Translations under genes and position numbers: made by a program
The notes under the pieces: generated by a model
The model's input: the letters and a program-made list of their open reading frames with translations, nothing else
Told to the model about the DNA's origin: nothing
Databases searched by the model: none
Part shown: in pieces, positions 44,872-56,735 of the stretch
Position numbering within the stretch: the stretch's first letter is position 1
How the letters are laid out: each line of letters starts with the position of its first letter
DNA from: Salisapilia sapeloensis CBS 127946
Lineage: Eukaryota; Protista; Oomycota
DNA: 59,199 nt
NCBI GenBank assembly: GCA_023334545.1
Contig: JAADVB010000103.1
Span: 1-59,199, forward strand
Direction: 5' to 3'

Positions 44872-45953
44872 TTATGAATGGTAAGTGCGCATGATGTACG
44901 ACGCGACGTCCATCAGTTGAAAGTGTTCGCTCGCACCGTCACTGAGTTTCTTATCCGCTTGTGCGATACGGAGGCAGATGAGTGCCTTCTGAACGTCCTG
45001 GAGCTTGCTATGCTTTAACGTATCGTCCTCTAGTTGGCGGAGGATCGTCAGGACAGGGTAGCCGGATAGTAGAATCTCCTCCATATCTGCTTTCATCGCG
45101 TTAAAGTTGTTGCTCGCGAGCGACGTCCAGAACTGTTGCAAGAGTTCGGGCGGCGCGAGGCCTGCGATCACGACGATGTCCTCTTGCGTGATGGCTTCAT
45201 TGCCAGATAATTGTTTCGCACTTTGTAGGTAGTTGATGGCCTTCCGAAGGTCTCCGTTGGCACATTCGAGTAGCTTTTCGACGATTTCTTCTGAGCACGA
45301 GACGTTTTCTTGCTCTGCAATGTGCTTTAGTCGGAACGTCATGCTACTCTTTTCTAACGGAGCGAAACGAAATTTGGCACAACGAGAAGCAACGGGTTCG
45401 ATGATTCGACTGACGTAGTTACAGATGAGACAGAAGCGCGTGACTTTGGAGTAGTTCTCCATCATCCGACGCAAAGCGGACTGGGCATCGCCAGTCATGG
45501 AGTCTGCTTCATCCAGAACGATGATTTTAAACGGAGGTAGACTGCTGGATGAACTCAGAGCTCCTTGGGCAAACGCTTTGACCTTTTCACGCACGACTTT
45601 GATGCCTCGGTCGTCGGATGCATTGAGCTCGAGGAAGCGGCCGTTCTTGCGAAAGTCTGGTCCGAAGAGCTGTCTCGCGACTGCTACGATCGTAGACGTC
45701 TTGCCTGTGCCTGGTGGACCATAGAAGAGCAGGTGTGGGAGCTGGCCGTTGGCAATGCTCGTTTTAAGTGTAGCAACGACGTGCTCTTGATGAGCGATCT
45801 CATCGACGCTCTTGGGGCGACTAGATAAGTTCGTGTTAGATATATATGGCACAGACATGTATTGGCAGTATAAGAGTACTATTTCTCGACCCATGGCAGC
45901 AATGTTGGCGGCCCATCGGCCTTCGACCCCTTCGTCGGTGGAGCGGCGAACAT
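44872..45953 (-). CDS. RFC4: Replication factor C small subunit (human RFC4 / yeast Rfc2), 2 exons
   Basis: PWVEKYRP restored across intron 45821-45879; FYGPPGTGKTS, LELNASDDRG, LDEADSMT, SRCAKFRF. Confidence 0.95.
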
Positions 45954-48493
45954 TGGTTTTGGGTTTGGTAGGCTTTTGGCGCCAAACTATCTTGTAGAGA
46001 GGTTTATGTGTACGAGTGACTGTGGTTTGTAAAGTCTGGTGTAGGATGAGACTTCTCTATATGGATTTGGAGATAGCTTCATCTTGATGCCAAGTTGGAT
46101 ATGATCAAAGGTCATGAGGAGAGCTCATGTAGATTTAGTAGAGTTATTAAGTAAAAATGGTGTGCATGCTGTATTGGATGGCTGTCTTGTGAGGTCAAGC
46201 GGGTATGTACGGTGATAGTTTTGGAGCACAATCTTCGTGCTGTTGTCTTTGAAGGACACGCCATCCTGCTTTGAGCGAAGGTAGCAACAAGGTCAGGCTG
46301 ATAGAGTTTCTCATCGTTGCAGTTGTAGTCACCTTTGTGTTCATGCAGGATATGCATGATAGAAGTACTCTCTATAGCAACGATGATAGTGATGGCATGA
46401 AGCAGTAACTTCACTCGATGAGTCTGAAGAACGAAACGTTTTGCGGATGACCACGAGAACTTTAAGCACCTAGACGTTTAGATTGCGAACAAAGTAAATT
46501 TCTACGTTCAAAGATATGTGCATGGCGAATGTGGAGTAGTAGTGCGTATTCCGATACTGATAAAGAAACCTAGGGTCGATCTCAATCGCATTTTCATTCC
46601 TAGCTTCGCTCTTTATTCGCAGATGGGCGTGCACATCGCTGCGTTGACTCTCTTCTAGAGTAGTCAACAATGTCTTCCTATGCCGCTCTGCCTAAAACGA
46701 TTACTCGACGACATCGTGTGTATCCTCACGAATGGCTCACGTGATGTGCTTGACACATTTAACTTCATCATACGATTGTAGGAAGCATGGGCATGCACAT
46801 GAAGCCCCACTTATGCACGAAGGTTTCTTGCGCCAGAACAAACGATTTTATGAAAGCCCCTTGTATTGCGCATCACTTCCGCGAAAATGGTAGATGTACA
46901 ATCAACTATACGATTAACTTTGGTACCTCGACCTGATACGGATCTGGAAGAAGAACCCTGATGGCGCAAGGGAGGAGAATGCGCAGTCCATGTTAAGAAT
47001 ATACTTATCGCATAGGTAGAAAATGGAATTTGATCAGTGCGAGTATGCATACCGAGCGAAATATACTTGTATTTCGTGGCTTCCGATCAGATTAAATTGA
47101 TTTTTTCAAGAAATCAACTGGTTCGAACGTGTATCTTGTGCCTGGAAACCCTGTTTAAGAAGTTATCTCTATTTCGATTGAAAAAGTAGATACTTGGAAC
47201 AATAATAGATACTCATGATTACTACGAGGAGGACATTCAATGTAGACTTTGTGCTTTGCTATTGTGCGCTGAGATATTGCTTGCTTTGCTTGCTTGTTTG
47301 CTATCTGCAAGACGCGTTGTATTCTTCGTCTATGTTTGAAGTTTACGGGGTTACAAGTACAGTTCTATCGTGCTTAGAAACGTTGTCGAAATTTCCATAT
47401 TAAGATATCCATATTCGCCGAACAAGAGTACTTCCTGGTAGACGGAATGCGATCATCCAAGCCCTGCTATAAAGAGCGGTACCAGTTTGTGCATACACCC
47501 TCACAATCTCGCGCTACGTGAATGAATACTTTGTGCAATGATACGATGGAAAGAGTAATGGGGAACACACCGCAATTCAAGGAGTGAGAAATTTAAAGCC
47601 AAAGGGATTGCGTATTAGTGCGTGTAGCTGCCGAGACTCGGGTAATGCGTGGAAATGGCCGGAACGTCAGTGCGCCACGTAATATCCCTTCATAGCGCAG
47701 GTGCGACCTGTAGATTTACAAATACACAAATTTTATAGGGTACTACTTGGGTACTACTTAGAGTAGGTAAAGCCAAAAAGCAAAGAATCGTTTAGTCAGT
47801 TGGCAAGTTGGCAAGTACTTAAGATGAGGTGGATGAAAGCAAAGGTAGAAATATACCAGTTAATATGCAGAAATATTCTATCCAGACTATACATTTATAT
47901 CGATTCTGCTACTATCCAAACCGCTCCCGCAAGAGATTTTTGATTTCGTTTTCACCATTGATTGTGTGAAACACGGTGGCGGACGACACGATTGAAGGGT
48001 ACAGTCGGGTCTTTATAGCAGATATCAACTACGTGACCGTAGACACGTCGTGACAGAAAAGGGATGCCCATCATTAGTAGTAAGCTCTCTAGGGCCACTC
48101 TTCGAACCTCCAACTGCATCAACCGATGCTTTGGTGGTCCGGAAACGCACAGACGACACCACAACTTCTCAAATCGTTCCCGTCATCTACAAGCGGTGCT
48201 TGAATCCCAGACAGTCCATCCTTGTAAGCCCGAAACGGCACCAAAGATAAGCATTGGGTCAATAGCACGAAAGTGAAGCTCCACGTCAGCCTTACTCTGT
48301 CCTAGTATAAGGCTACCAGCTGTTTTATCATCATCTTCCTCCTTTCCAGTCAAGTCTCGTTGCATAGAAGAAGCAAGTATAGCTTACGCCATACTGTCGC
48401 TCGATCAGAAGTCGAGGCATCAAATGTGTCACAAAGCAATCGCTTCCGTGGATCACACGTTATCTCTTCCTTGACCTCACTTTTTTATCTCGA

Positions 48494-51106
48494 ATGGTCA
48501 AGGACATTCCTCACGAAAGGCTCGAGAACGCTGGTCTCGGGTCCGCGATGCATACAACGCCAGACGATAAGCAGACGTTCGTCGATATGTCCACGCCGGA
48601 ACATACTGCTCGCGTCCCTCGCGTGAATAATCCGAATCATCACTTCCGCCCCATGCACGTGTCCAACAGCAAACTCACTTCAATTCGGGGTCAACCTCAC
48701 CAAGCAAAATCGAGCTTCGTTGGCCAGAGCGACATGATGACGATGCATTCGACCACGACGCAGTTTGTCGGTGGTCAAAGACAGCCCGACAACAAGCGTC
48801 GTCATCGACGGGCGAATTTCGATGCGATGCAAAGATCTTCCGCCGTAACAGAGCGCTTTTCACGTCTCTCACGAATGTCCCAAGCGTATAATCCATCGTT
48901 TGGGGATCCGCTCATGCAAACGGGAAACGTCCCTGTGCTTGGCGAATGTGATGTCGAGCAAAAGTATAGCATTGCATTATCCATGGACGAAGATATCAGG
49001 ACCATGGATGCCGGGAAAGCCAGTGATGCGAGTATGATGCGGCTACACGCGATGCGAGAAGTCCTTGGCGATATCCAAGATGATTACGGACGAGTGGATC
49101 GTGCCACGTTTTCCAAAGCTTTTGAAGTGAACGATAGCGACTTTCATGGGTATGACACTAAAGACGGGATGATCAACTCGAATGCTTTGCTTGTTGATGC
49201 CGTCTTGGAGCTTGATGTGGATGCAGAAGAGAAATTGCGTTTTATATTCGAAACGTTAGATGCACAAGGCATCGGACATATTTCTCCAGACCAAGTAGAC
49301 GAACTGTTGTCGTCGAACTTTGCTTCTGCCAATCTAACGGTGATCGGCACGGACTCTTCGTCCGTTGCCAAGCTGCTCTTTCGGAAAGCCGGTGCACAAG
49401 ATACGATGACGTACAACCAGTTCAAGACAGTCTTCCACCCATACGTCGAACGGTCATTGGAAAATAACAAGTACACGACGGAAGAACGGAATCCTCATGT
49501 CCTGCCAGAAGCTCCGAAAAGCAAATTTGCTTCTTGGTACGAGAGCAATCACATTCGTTTCTGGTGGCTCCTCTTCTACGTCTTACTCAACGCTTTGACA
49601 TTCTATCTAAAGTGGCGGCAATACAAGGTCGATCCAGTCATGGGTTATGGTCTCCGAATCGCTCGAGGCTGTGCGCAAGTGTGCATGCTTAATATTTTGC
49701 TTGTGCTCTTACCAATGTGTCGATCGATCACACAAGTGCTCAAGAAGAGTCAATTGGCATGGCGATACATTCCGTTCGATGACCACATTGAGTTCCATAA
49801 GCTCGCTGGTAGTGTCCTCTTGATCTCTGGTCTCATCCACACTTTCGCACACGTCAGCAATGAGATCCACTTGTACTTGATCGCGACGCCGTATGAAATC
49901 GCGCACTCGGTCTTTGTCGAACGACAAGTGCCGTTCTTCATGCATGGCCGACCGCCATTCGTCGACATGTTACAAGCGCTGCCCGTATGGTCTGGTGTCC
50001 TCTTGCTCATCATCACACTCATCGCTTTCCCGTTCGCAGCGATCGCCAAGCTGCGTCAAGGCAACTTTAACAAGTTCTGGTACACGCACATGCTATTTGG
50101 TCCATTCACGATCATCATGGCGTTCCACGGTGGTGCGTCGTGGCTCGCAACGTCGTCATCGTATTGGTGGGCTCTCCCTCCCTTCATGATCTACTTGGTC
50201 GAACGCCGTTTCCGATACGCCAAGAGCTTTGCTTCGCCTGTACGGATTATGGAAGCGAGGGAACTGGATGGTACAGTTGCTGTCTTTATGGAATGCCCCG
50301 CGAGGTTCGAATACCGTCCTGGCATGTACACGTTCATCAACGTCCCGGCGATCTCAAGCCACGAGTGGCATCCATTCACCATTTCTTCGTCTCCGAAAGA
50401 CGAGTTCTTAAGCTTACACATTCGTATGGCTGGTGACTGGACAAACGCCTTCCGTCGAGTCATTGAGGATTGTCATGAGAATAGGAAACCGTATCCGTAT
50501 GTGTACCTGGATGGACCTGTTGGTGCTCCGACGCAGGACTACCATCGGTATAATACAGTCATCTGTGTGGCTGGAGGTATCGGTGTTACGCCGTTTGCTT
50601 CGATCCTCAAGGACGTGTGTCATCTATGGGAAGAGCATCGATGCACGTCGTGTGGAGCAGCGAATCATCCAACGAGCTTTAAGATTAAGAAGCTATATTT
50701 CCATTGGACGACTCGAGCCCAAGAAGCACTTGGGTGGTTTGACGAGACGATGGCGCAGATCACTCGTATGGATCAAGGAGATGTGATTGAAGCACATCAG
50801 TACCTCACGACGGTGAAAGAAGGCGAGAATGCGTCGCAGCTAAAGCTGTTCCAACAGTTTGTCCATGAACAAACTGGTACGGACATTGTCTCTGGCTTAG
50901 CATCCAAGCAATTGACACACTTTGGTCGACCGAATTGGGATGAAGTGTTTGAAGACGCGAAGCAGAAACACCCAGGAGAAGAGATTGGTGTCTTCTACTG
51001 TGGACCGCACGTGCTTGAAAAAGTGTTGGACGAAATGTGCAAAAAGCACTCCTCGACCTCCCGTCGCGGCACGATATTTGACTTCCACTCGGAGAAGTTT
51101 TCTTAA
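48494..51106 (+). CDS. EF-hand NADPH oxidase (RBOH/NOX5-like), intronless
   Basis: EF-hand LRFIFETLDAQGIGHIS; four heme His (FHKL, IHTFAH, WYTH, AFHG); WHPFTISS (FAD); DGPVGAP, AGGIGVTPF, VFYCGP, FHSEKF. Confidence 0.95.
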   Translation: MVKDIPHERLENAGLGSAMHTTPDDKQTFVDMSTPEHTARVPRVNNPNHHFRPMHVSNSKLTSIRGQPHQAKSSFVGQSDMMTMHSTTTQFVGGQRQPDNKRRHRRANFDAMQRSSAVTERFSRLSRMSQAYNPSFGDPLMQTGNVPVLGECDVEQKYSIALSMDEDIRTMDAGKASDASMMRLHAMREVLGDIQDDYGRVDRATFSKAFEVNDSDFHGYDTKDGMINSNALLVDAVLELDVDAEEKLRFIFETLDAQGIGHISPDQVDELLSSNFASANLTVIGTDSSSVAKLLFRKAGAQDTMTYNQFKTVFHPYVERSLENNKYTTEERNPHVLPEAPKSKFASWYESNHIRFWWLLFYVLLNALTFYLKWRQYKVDPVMGYGLRIARGCAQVCMLNILLVLLPMCRSITQVLKKSQLAWRYIPFDDHIEFHKLAGSVLLISGLIHTFAHVSNEIHLYLIATPYEIAHSVFVERQVPFFMHGRPPFVDMLQALPVWSGVLLLIITLIAFPFAAIAKLRQGNFNKFWYTHMLFGPFTIIMAFHGGASWLATSSSYWWALPPFMIYLVERRFRYAKSFASPVRIMEARELDGTVAVFMECPARFEYRPGMYTFINVPAISSHEWHPFTISSSPKDEFLSLHIRMAGDWTNAFRRVIEDCHENRKPYPYVYLDGPVGAPTQDYHRYNTVICVAGGIGVTPFASILKDVCHLWEEHRCTSCGAANHPTSFKIKKLYFHWTTRAQEALGWFDETMAQITRMDQGDVIEAHQYLTTVKEGENASQLKLFQQFVHEQTGTDIVSGLASKQLTHFGRPNWDEVFEDAKQKHPGEEIGVFYCGPHVLEKVLDEMCKKHSSTSRRGTIFDFHSEKFS

Positions 51107-51471
51107 GTTTTATTCTAGCCTTCGCTTGTTATGAACAAGTAGTATTGACCGTCCATAGAGTGAATATAATTGGCGCTTGCAATTATTATCGTTGTAAATT
51201 CATGTGATGCGTCTCATGATAGAGATGGTAGAGTTAAGAAGAGATTACGACGTATTGCACTCAATGTCGATAGGATGATTTAAGAGTTTATCATTCTTAT
51301 ACACGAATACCTTTCGGTTCAAATGATTTCTGTACATTTGATGAAAGCAATAAGTAGCAACGAAGGCGTGTACAAGTATATAAAAGTTACCTTTTTCATC
51401 TTAAAATGCATATCTATCTACATCTTCTAAAGATCGTTCGGCCTACTGGAATCATAAGCAACGCATCCAGC

Positions 51472-52428
51472 ATGGCGAAGAGCTATGATATTGCGCTGTT
51501 TCTCTTCTCAGTTGCTACTTTTGCCCCTTGTTTAACCGAGGCCCAAGACACGGTGTCGCAGTCGACCCAAGTTGATATTATCACGATCTGGCCGCATAAT
51601 ACTTCGTCCTTTACGGAGGGCTTTTTCATCCTGGACAACACGTTTTACGAATCCACTGGTCTCTCTGGACATTCCTTCATCCGACAGTACGACTATACGC
51701 TACATGAAGGCAGGAGTGAAATTTCCACCAGAAAGGAATTTGAGTTTCCGAATGAGCTCTTTGGGGAAGGTATCGCCTGCATCGGTGACATACTGTATGC
51801 ATTGACGTACAAGTCACAGGAACTGCTTCAGATTTCCAAAGTCGATTTTTCGCTTATCGATACCATTCCATTAAAAACTTCGACAGGTGAAGGATGGGGT
51901 CTGACAACGGATGGTAGCTACCTCATTGCTAGCGATGGATCGTCTAGTATCTTCTTCTTCGACCCGTGGAATGACTATGCACTTGTGAAAACGCTGGACG
52001 TTACGAAAGATGGCAAAGGGATCACTGCTATCAATGAACTCGAGTTCGTCGATGGAGAGATTCTGGCCAACGTATGGCACAAGAATGTCCTCTTGCGTAT
52101 TGACATGAACTCTGGGCATGTGATTGAAACCATAGACTTGGACTGGATGGAGAATATGGTGGCGAATCTACAGCACATGACGAGTAATCGATGGCGACGA
52201 GAAGCAGTGATGAACGGGATCGCGTACAATCCGAATAATCGACATGTCTATCTCACAGGGAAACTCTGGGACTCGGTGTTTGAAGTCACATTTTCCTACT
52301 TGACAAAGGCAGATGTCCAAGTTTCATCTCCATCAGATGAAGGTGACAGCGACGACGTGAATGACTGGCTCTCGTATCCGAATAAACCAAATACTGGTGA
52401 TTGGAATGAAATCCCATGGATGGAATAA
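51472..52428 (+). CDS. Secreted plant/bacterial-type (type II) glutaminyl cyclase
   Basis: Signal-like MAKSYDIALFLFSVATFAPCLTEA; YESTGL, FGEG, EGWGLT, SDGS, INELE, NVW, MNGIA, TGKLW. Confidence 0.88.
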   Translation: MAKSYDIALFLFSVATFAPCLTEAQDTVSQSTQVDIITIWPHNTSSFTEGFFILDNTFYESTGLSGHSFIRQYDYTLHEGRSEISTRKEFEFPNELFGEGIACIGDILYALTYKSQELLQISKVDFSLIDTIPLKTSTGEGWGLTTDGSYLIASDGSSSIFFFDPWNDYALVKTLDVTKDGKGITAINELEFVDGEILANVWHKNVLLRIDMNSGHVIETIDLDWMENMVANLQHMTSNRWRREAVMNGIAYNPNNRHVYLTGKLWDSVFEVTFSYLTKADVQVSSPSDEGDSDDVNDWLSYPNKPNTGDWNEIPWME

Positions 52429-52483
52429 CTTAAATAGAATGGATCTATATTGCTTTCTTCGAGCATATATAGTTGCACATCTA

Positions 52484-54827
52484 TCAACATTCACCCCAAC
52501 ACTCGTCATTCTCTTCATACTCATCATCTGAATACTCTCCATTATCTTCTGCATCCGAAGCGTTTGCACCACTTTCAACTTCACTGTCGTATCCACTGCT
52601 GACATTTTCGTCTTGCATCGTCAGCTCATGAATGGTAATTGCTTGGTCTTTGACGCGCTTTTGTAGTTTCGTCACTTCTTTATGAGCTCGTTGAATCGCC
52701 CATTGCAGCTCTTGCTGCTTCGCGTCTGCTTCGTCATAAAATGCTTCTCGTTCACGGTGGAACTTGGCTTTTAGTTTATCGATTTGAGATGCCAAAGTAT
52801 CACATTTTCGACGCATTGATTCATTTCCTCCACGATCGCGCCTGCGGTCACTGTAATGATATGTGGATTCTATTTCTCGCTGGTGTTGCTTCAAGGACTC
52901 AAGCTCCTTGTCTTGTTCCTAAGGATAGACAACGAAATAAGATGGTAGTCTAATGGTGTAGTAGCAGTACATGTGCACCTCAATGCGTTTTTTCGAGTTC
53001 AGTTGAGCATCAATCATCTCTTTCCACTGTGTTGTGTATTCTTGGTGCTTTGTTTCGAGAGCTTCTTTCTCGGCTACGACTGCTTTTACTTGTGCTGCCA
53101 ACTCTTGCACTTGTTGGTCATGCCGTTCCGTCTACATAAAGCAATAGTTCGGTCATCTTTGCTTAATCGACATGTGCAAGATATACATACCTCAGTCTTA
53201 CGAGCTTCTTCTATCTCTACTAGCTTTGTTTGCTGTGTCGATGTCTATGCAAGAGATGAAATCGTTTAAGCACTTTAGATGGCCAACATCAAACTTCTAT
53301 AAGGACGTACCACAGTTGTGAGGTTATGGACATTTTGTAAGAGCTCTTGCTGCGTCTTCTGACTGTTTTCCACAGCCTTTGAAGCTTCCTCCCATCGAGT
53401 GTGGAGTTCTTGCATTCGTTCTTGTAAACTTTGGATGTGGGTTTCCAGTTCTAATTTCTCATTTCGTATACTTGCATACCGGTCTTCTACTTCTTTCTTC
53501 TCTTGGTTACATACCTCAATGTCATTCTTCATAGCCTGGACACTTTCGTAGACTTGCATGTACTTGGAATGGAGTTCGTCATACTTTTGCCATCGCTCTT
53601 CCTGCATTTCTTTTCGAGCGACTTCTTTTGCTTTTACACATGCAGACTCTATTTCTTTGGCTATTTGCTCTTCCGTTTTAACACCTCTATTGGCAATTGT
53701 CTCCGTCGCTCTCCGCATCGCATTCTTGTCTGCTTCTCGAATCTCATTGTCTTTGGCCTTTATGGAGCTATCGAATGTTGCTTTCATCTTGTACATGGCC
53801 GCAATGAAATACTCTTGCTGCTCAATGATATACTCTCGCGTTTTGAATAAACCTTGGTAATCTTCTTGGACCATAGCGAGCTGTTCTTTCGTATGCTGAT
53901 GAGACTGCAGCACCTCTTTCCATTTCTCTTTCATCCGATTGACCATCATTGAGTGATTACATTTCAACTCACTCTTGGCATGCAAAGCCTCTTGTAAAGC
54001 TTCTGACAAGTCTGTTATCTTTCGTCTACTTTTGCTGTTTTCATTCTGTACTTTGTCCTTTAGCTGATGAGTCGTCTGCTCACGGTACCGGCTTTCATCC
54101 AATTCCTTCTCCATTGCCTGTAGTCTAGTCTTTGTCTTACTTATCTGTTCTTTCAAAGATTGCTCGGAAGCTAACCGATCATGACGTTCAGCTTCCAGTT
54201 TCTGTTGGAGTTGTTCACATCGCTCACGAAGTGTCTTTCGTTCATTCTGGGTAGTCTTAACCGAGTTGGAGGCTTCTGATTGCACAATATCAATTGCACC
54301 CTGATGCCGCCTTTCAACTGTTCGTAGTTCATGCTGGGTAGCAGTTAGTTTGGCTTGCAGTGCCTGTTTGTCATCCATTGCAGTCTCTAGCAAGGCACTC
54401 GTCTGCGTGTACTGCTGTCGGCTTTCATCTCGTAACTTTTCCGCCGATGTCAACGACTTTTGTAAAGCAGCTATCTCTCTTTTGAGCTGCATTTGATGTG
54501 CGCTCGCGACTGAGGCTGCTTTCTCCGCAGCTTGGTCTTTCTTGTGCAGTTGGTTTCGAAGTGACTCAATGTCCTGCATATATGCTTGACGTTCCTATCA
54601 CAAGGCTAAGACAATTATACATGATCCTGGACAAAATTTAGTCCTACCTCATCGAAACATTGTTGTACCTCTCGAATGGTTATAGATCTCTTTCCTCCTG
54701 TAGTAGACTGTTTGACAACTCCACTAGAGCCTCTATGTACGGAAGACGGAGGTCTGCCGCTTGCATTACTATATCCGTAGCTTTTTACAGGTAGTCGTCG
54801 CTTCTGAGACGGGTGGCTACATTCCAT
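52484..54827 (-). CDS. Long coiled-coil protein of unknown function (about 5 exons)
   Basis: 434 aa heptad-rich ORF plus flanking exons joined by short GT-AG introns (e.g. 54574-54647); acidic tail. Confidence 0.7.
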
Positions 54828-55250
54828 GTTCGACTCTCACTTCTTGAGTTGGGATTGACAAGTCTCACGCGACCCACAGGCAGTGTTGACAGCTACTGGA
54901 TGCGTTCGTCTTTTAACGGTCCACACGTCGAATCCAAACCTTTACTCCGTCATGTTCTTTAAATAAATTTTAAAGTTGGAAGGAGTCGTTATGAAACTCC
55001 AATTATTGTCGTATATGTATTTTGCGTCATTCGAAAGGTACAAGTGCATAGCAAATATACGTATCCTTCCTTTCAGGATCGATTGAAGTTGCGTTATGTT
55101 TGGAATCATGTTAGAAACGATCAAAGATGATTAGCAACGAAGTAGATTTGGTCACTCTGGAAATCACTTGCTATCAATCAACATGACCAAAGTATCCGCT
55201 AAGTGTCTCTATTCATTAATCTACCTACTTTTAAACTCTATGAGTAGCAA

Positions 55251-56539
55251 ATGCGCCTTCGACAGCTCCAAGTGCTGCATCGCCATGGTGATCGTACACC
55301 TCTTCACAATATTCTCCAAGGCGGATCGAATGTCCAAGCAGAACAAGAGGAGAATCAGCAGTGGGAATCGAAACTGCCTACTCGGGACCACATCCGTGAT
55401 CTAGGCCATCGCTTTCCAGCCAATTTGCCCCCAAATACTGATGCTGAGAAGTCAAAGTCCAAGATCCAAGACATGCAATTAAGCAGTCATCACGTCATGC
55501 AGCATCGTCCGTACGGCTACTTGACTTCTAAGGGGCTGGATGAAATGGCCTCCAGAGGTTCTCAGCTGGTAGATAAATTATATAAGTATGATGGCTTTCT
55601 TTATTTATGTAAAGAGATAGATGGAAATAAGCAATGATGGCGGACTAGACGTTGATCAATTGCGTCCGGAAGATGTCCAAGTGTTTAGCAACACGTACAC
55701 ACGTACGCAGTTGAGTGTCCAGTCTTTACTAACTGGTATGCTAGCTCAGCACCCGTTCTTGTCGCCGACAATAACAATCCTCCCACCGGATCAAGACTTT
55801 ATTAACGGTATGCGAAGATACTCTGGCGTCATGATGCGAGTACTTATGGAATGTAGCGTACACGATGTATCCGGAAGTTGGTCGTATGAAGGCTTTGATG
55901 GTCAAAGAGAGTGAGGAGATGGTCTCAAGAGAAAAGGAGATGGAAGAGAGACGGAAGGATCTCATGGGTCTTTTACCAGCGCTAGCATCGGAAAGTGTAG
56001 CCTTTTCCTGGATGGATGTCTTTGATTACTATATCTGTCGTGAAGCGCATGACGTGCCACTCGTACCAGGCACGGAAGAGCATCGGGATGCTACATTGCA
56101 GCACCTCATCTTCCGTTTTAACAAGGTATCTCGACGTTATAAGGTTATTGATGTAGGAGCTAAGTCGAGAGCATAGTACTTTTCCAATAGAGATATCCTG
56201 CAAAAGGTAGCTGGCCCTTTGATTGGAAAAGCTCAGGAGCAAATGGAACTGGTTACCAAGGAAGATGGGCATCAGAAATCGCTGGTCATATATAGCGGTC
56301 ATGATACGTCTGTGTTGTCGACTCTGCATGTACTCGGCGCCGATGTCGTGGATCGAGAAGAGTACTGGCCACACTATTCGTCTGCCTTGACACTCGAGCT
56401 ATTAGAAGATGATCAAGGTGCATTTTTCGTTCGAGCTTGTTTGAACGGACAAGAGATATCGAAACGAGATGACCCATCCATGGGTATCTACACGCTGGAA
56501 GAGTTTCAGCATCTTGTCAAGATGTTCAAACCGGAATAA
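55251..56539 (+). CDS. Histidine acid phosphatase (clade 2, ACP6-like), multi-exon
   Basis: HRHGDRTP, RTQLS and YSGHDTS catalytic motifs spread over four ORF segments. Confidence 0.9.
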
Positions 56540-56735
56540 ACATGGAAACCAGGTTGAAGCTACGTGGTACCGTATCAGTACATTTTTGGTACCATCTAGT
56601 CAGAATAGGCTCATTCTACGGTCTATGATTGGCGGAGATAAGCACAACAAATTTAAATTTCAGCATTATCTTTGGCGCCAAAATCTGATCCAGTATGTAT
56701 TTCGCGCCCGAGACACTAAGCCTCCGTCTGTGATC

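Noticed and set aside
46112-46414. 100 aa minus-strand ORF with hydrophobic start, as a small secreted effector
   Set aside because: No recognisable motif and unconvincing composition; indistinguishable from a chance ORF without expression data.
48470-48493. Oomycete INR-like TCACTT upstream of the NOX start
   Set aside because: Motif too short and degenerate to call without TSS data.
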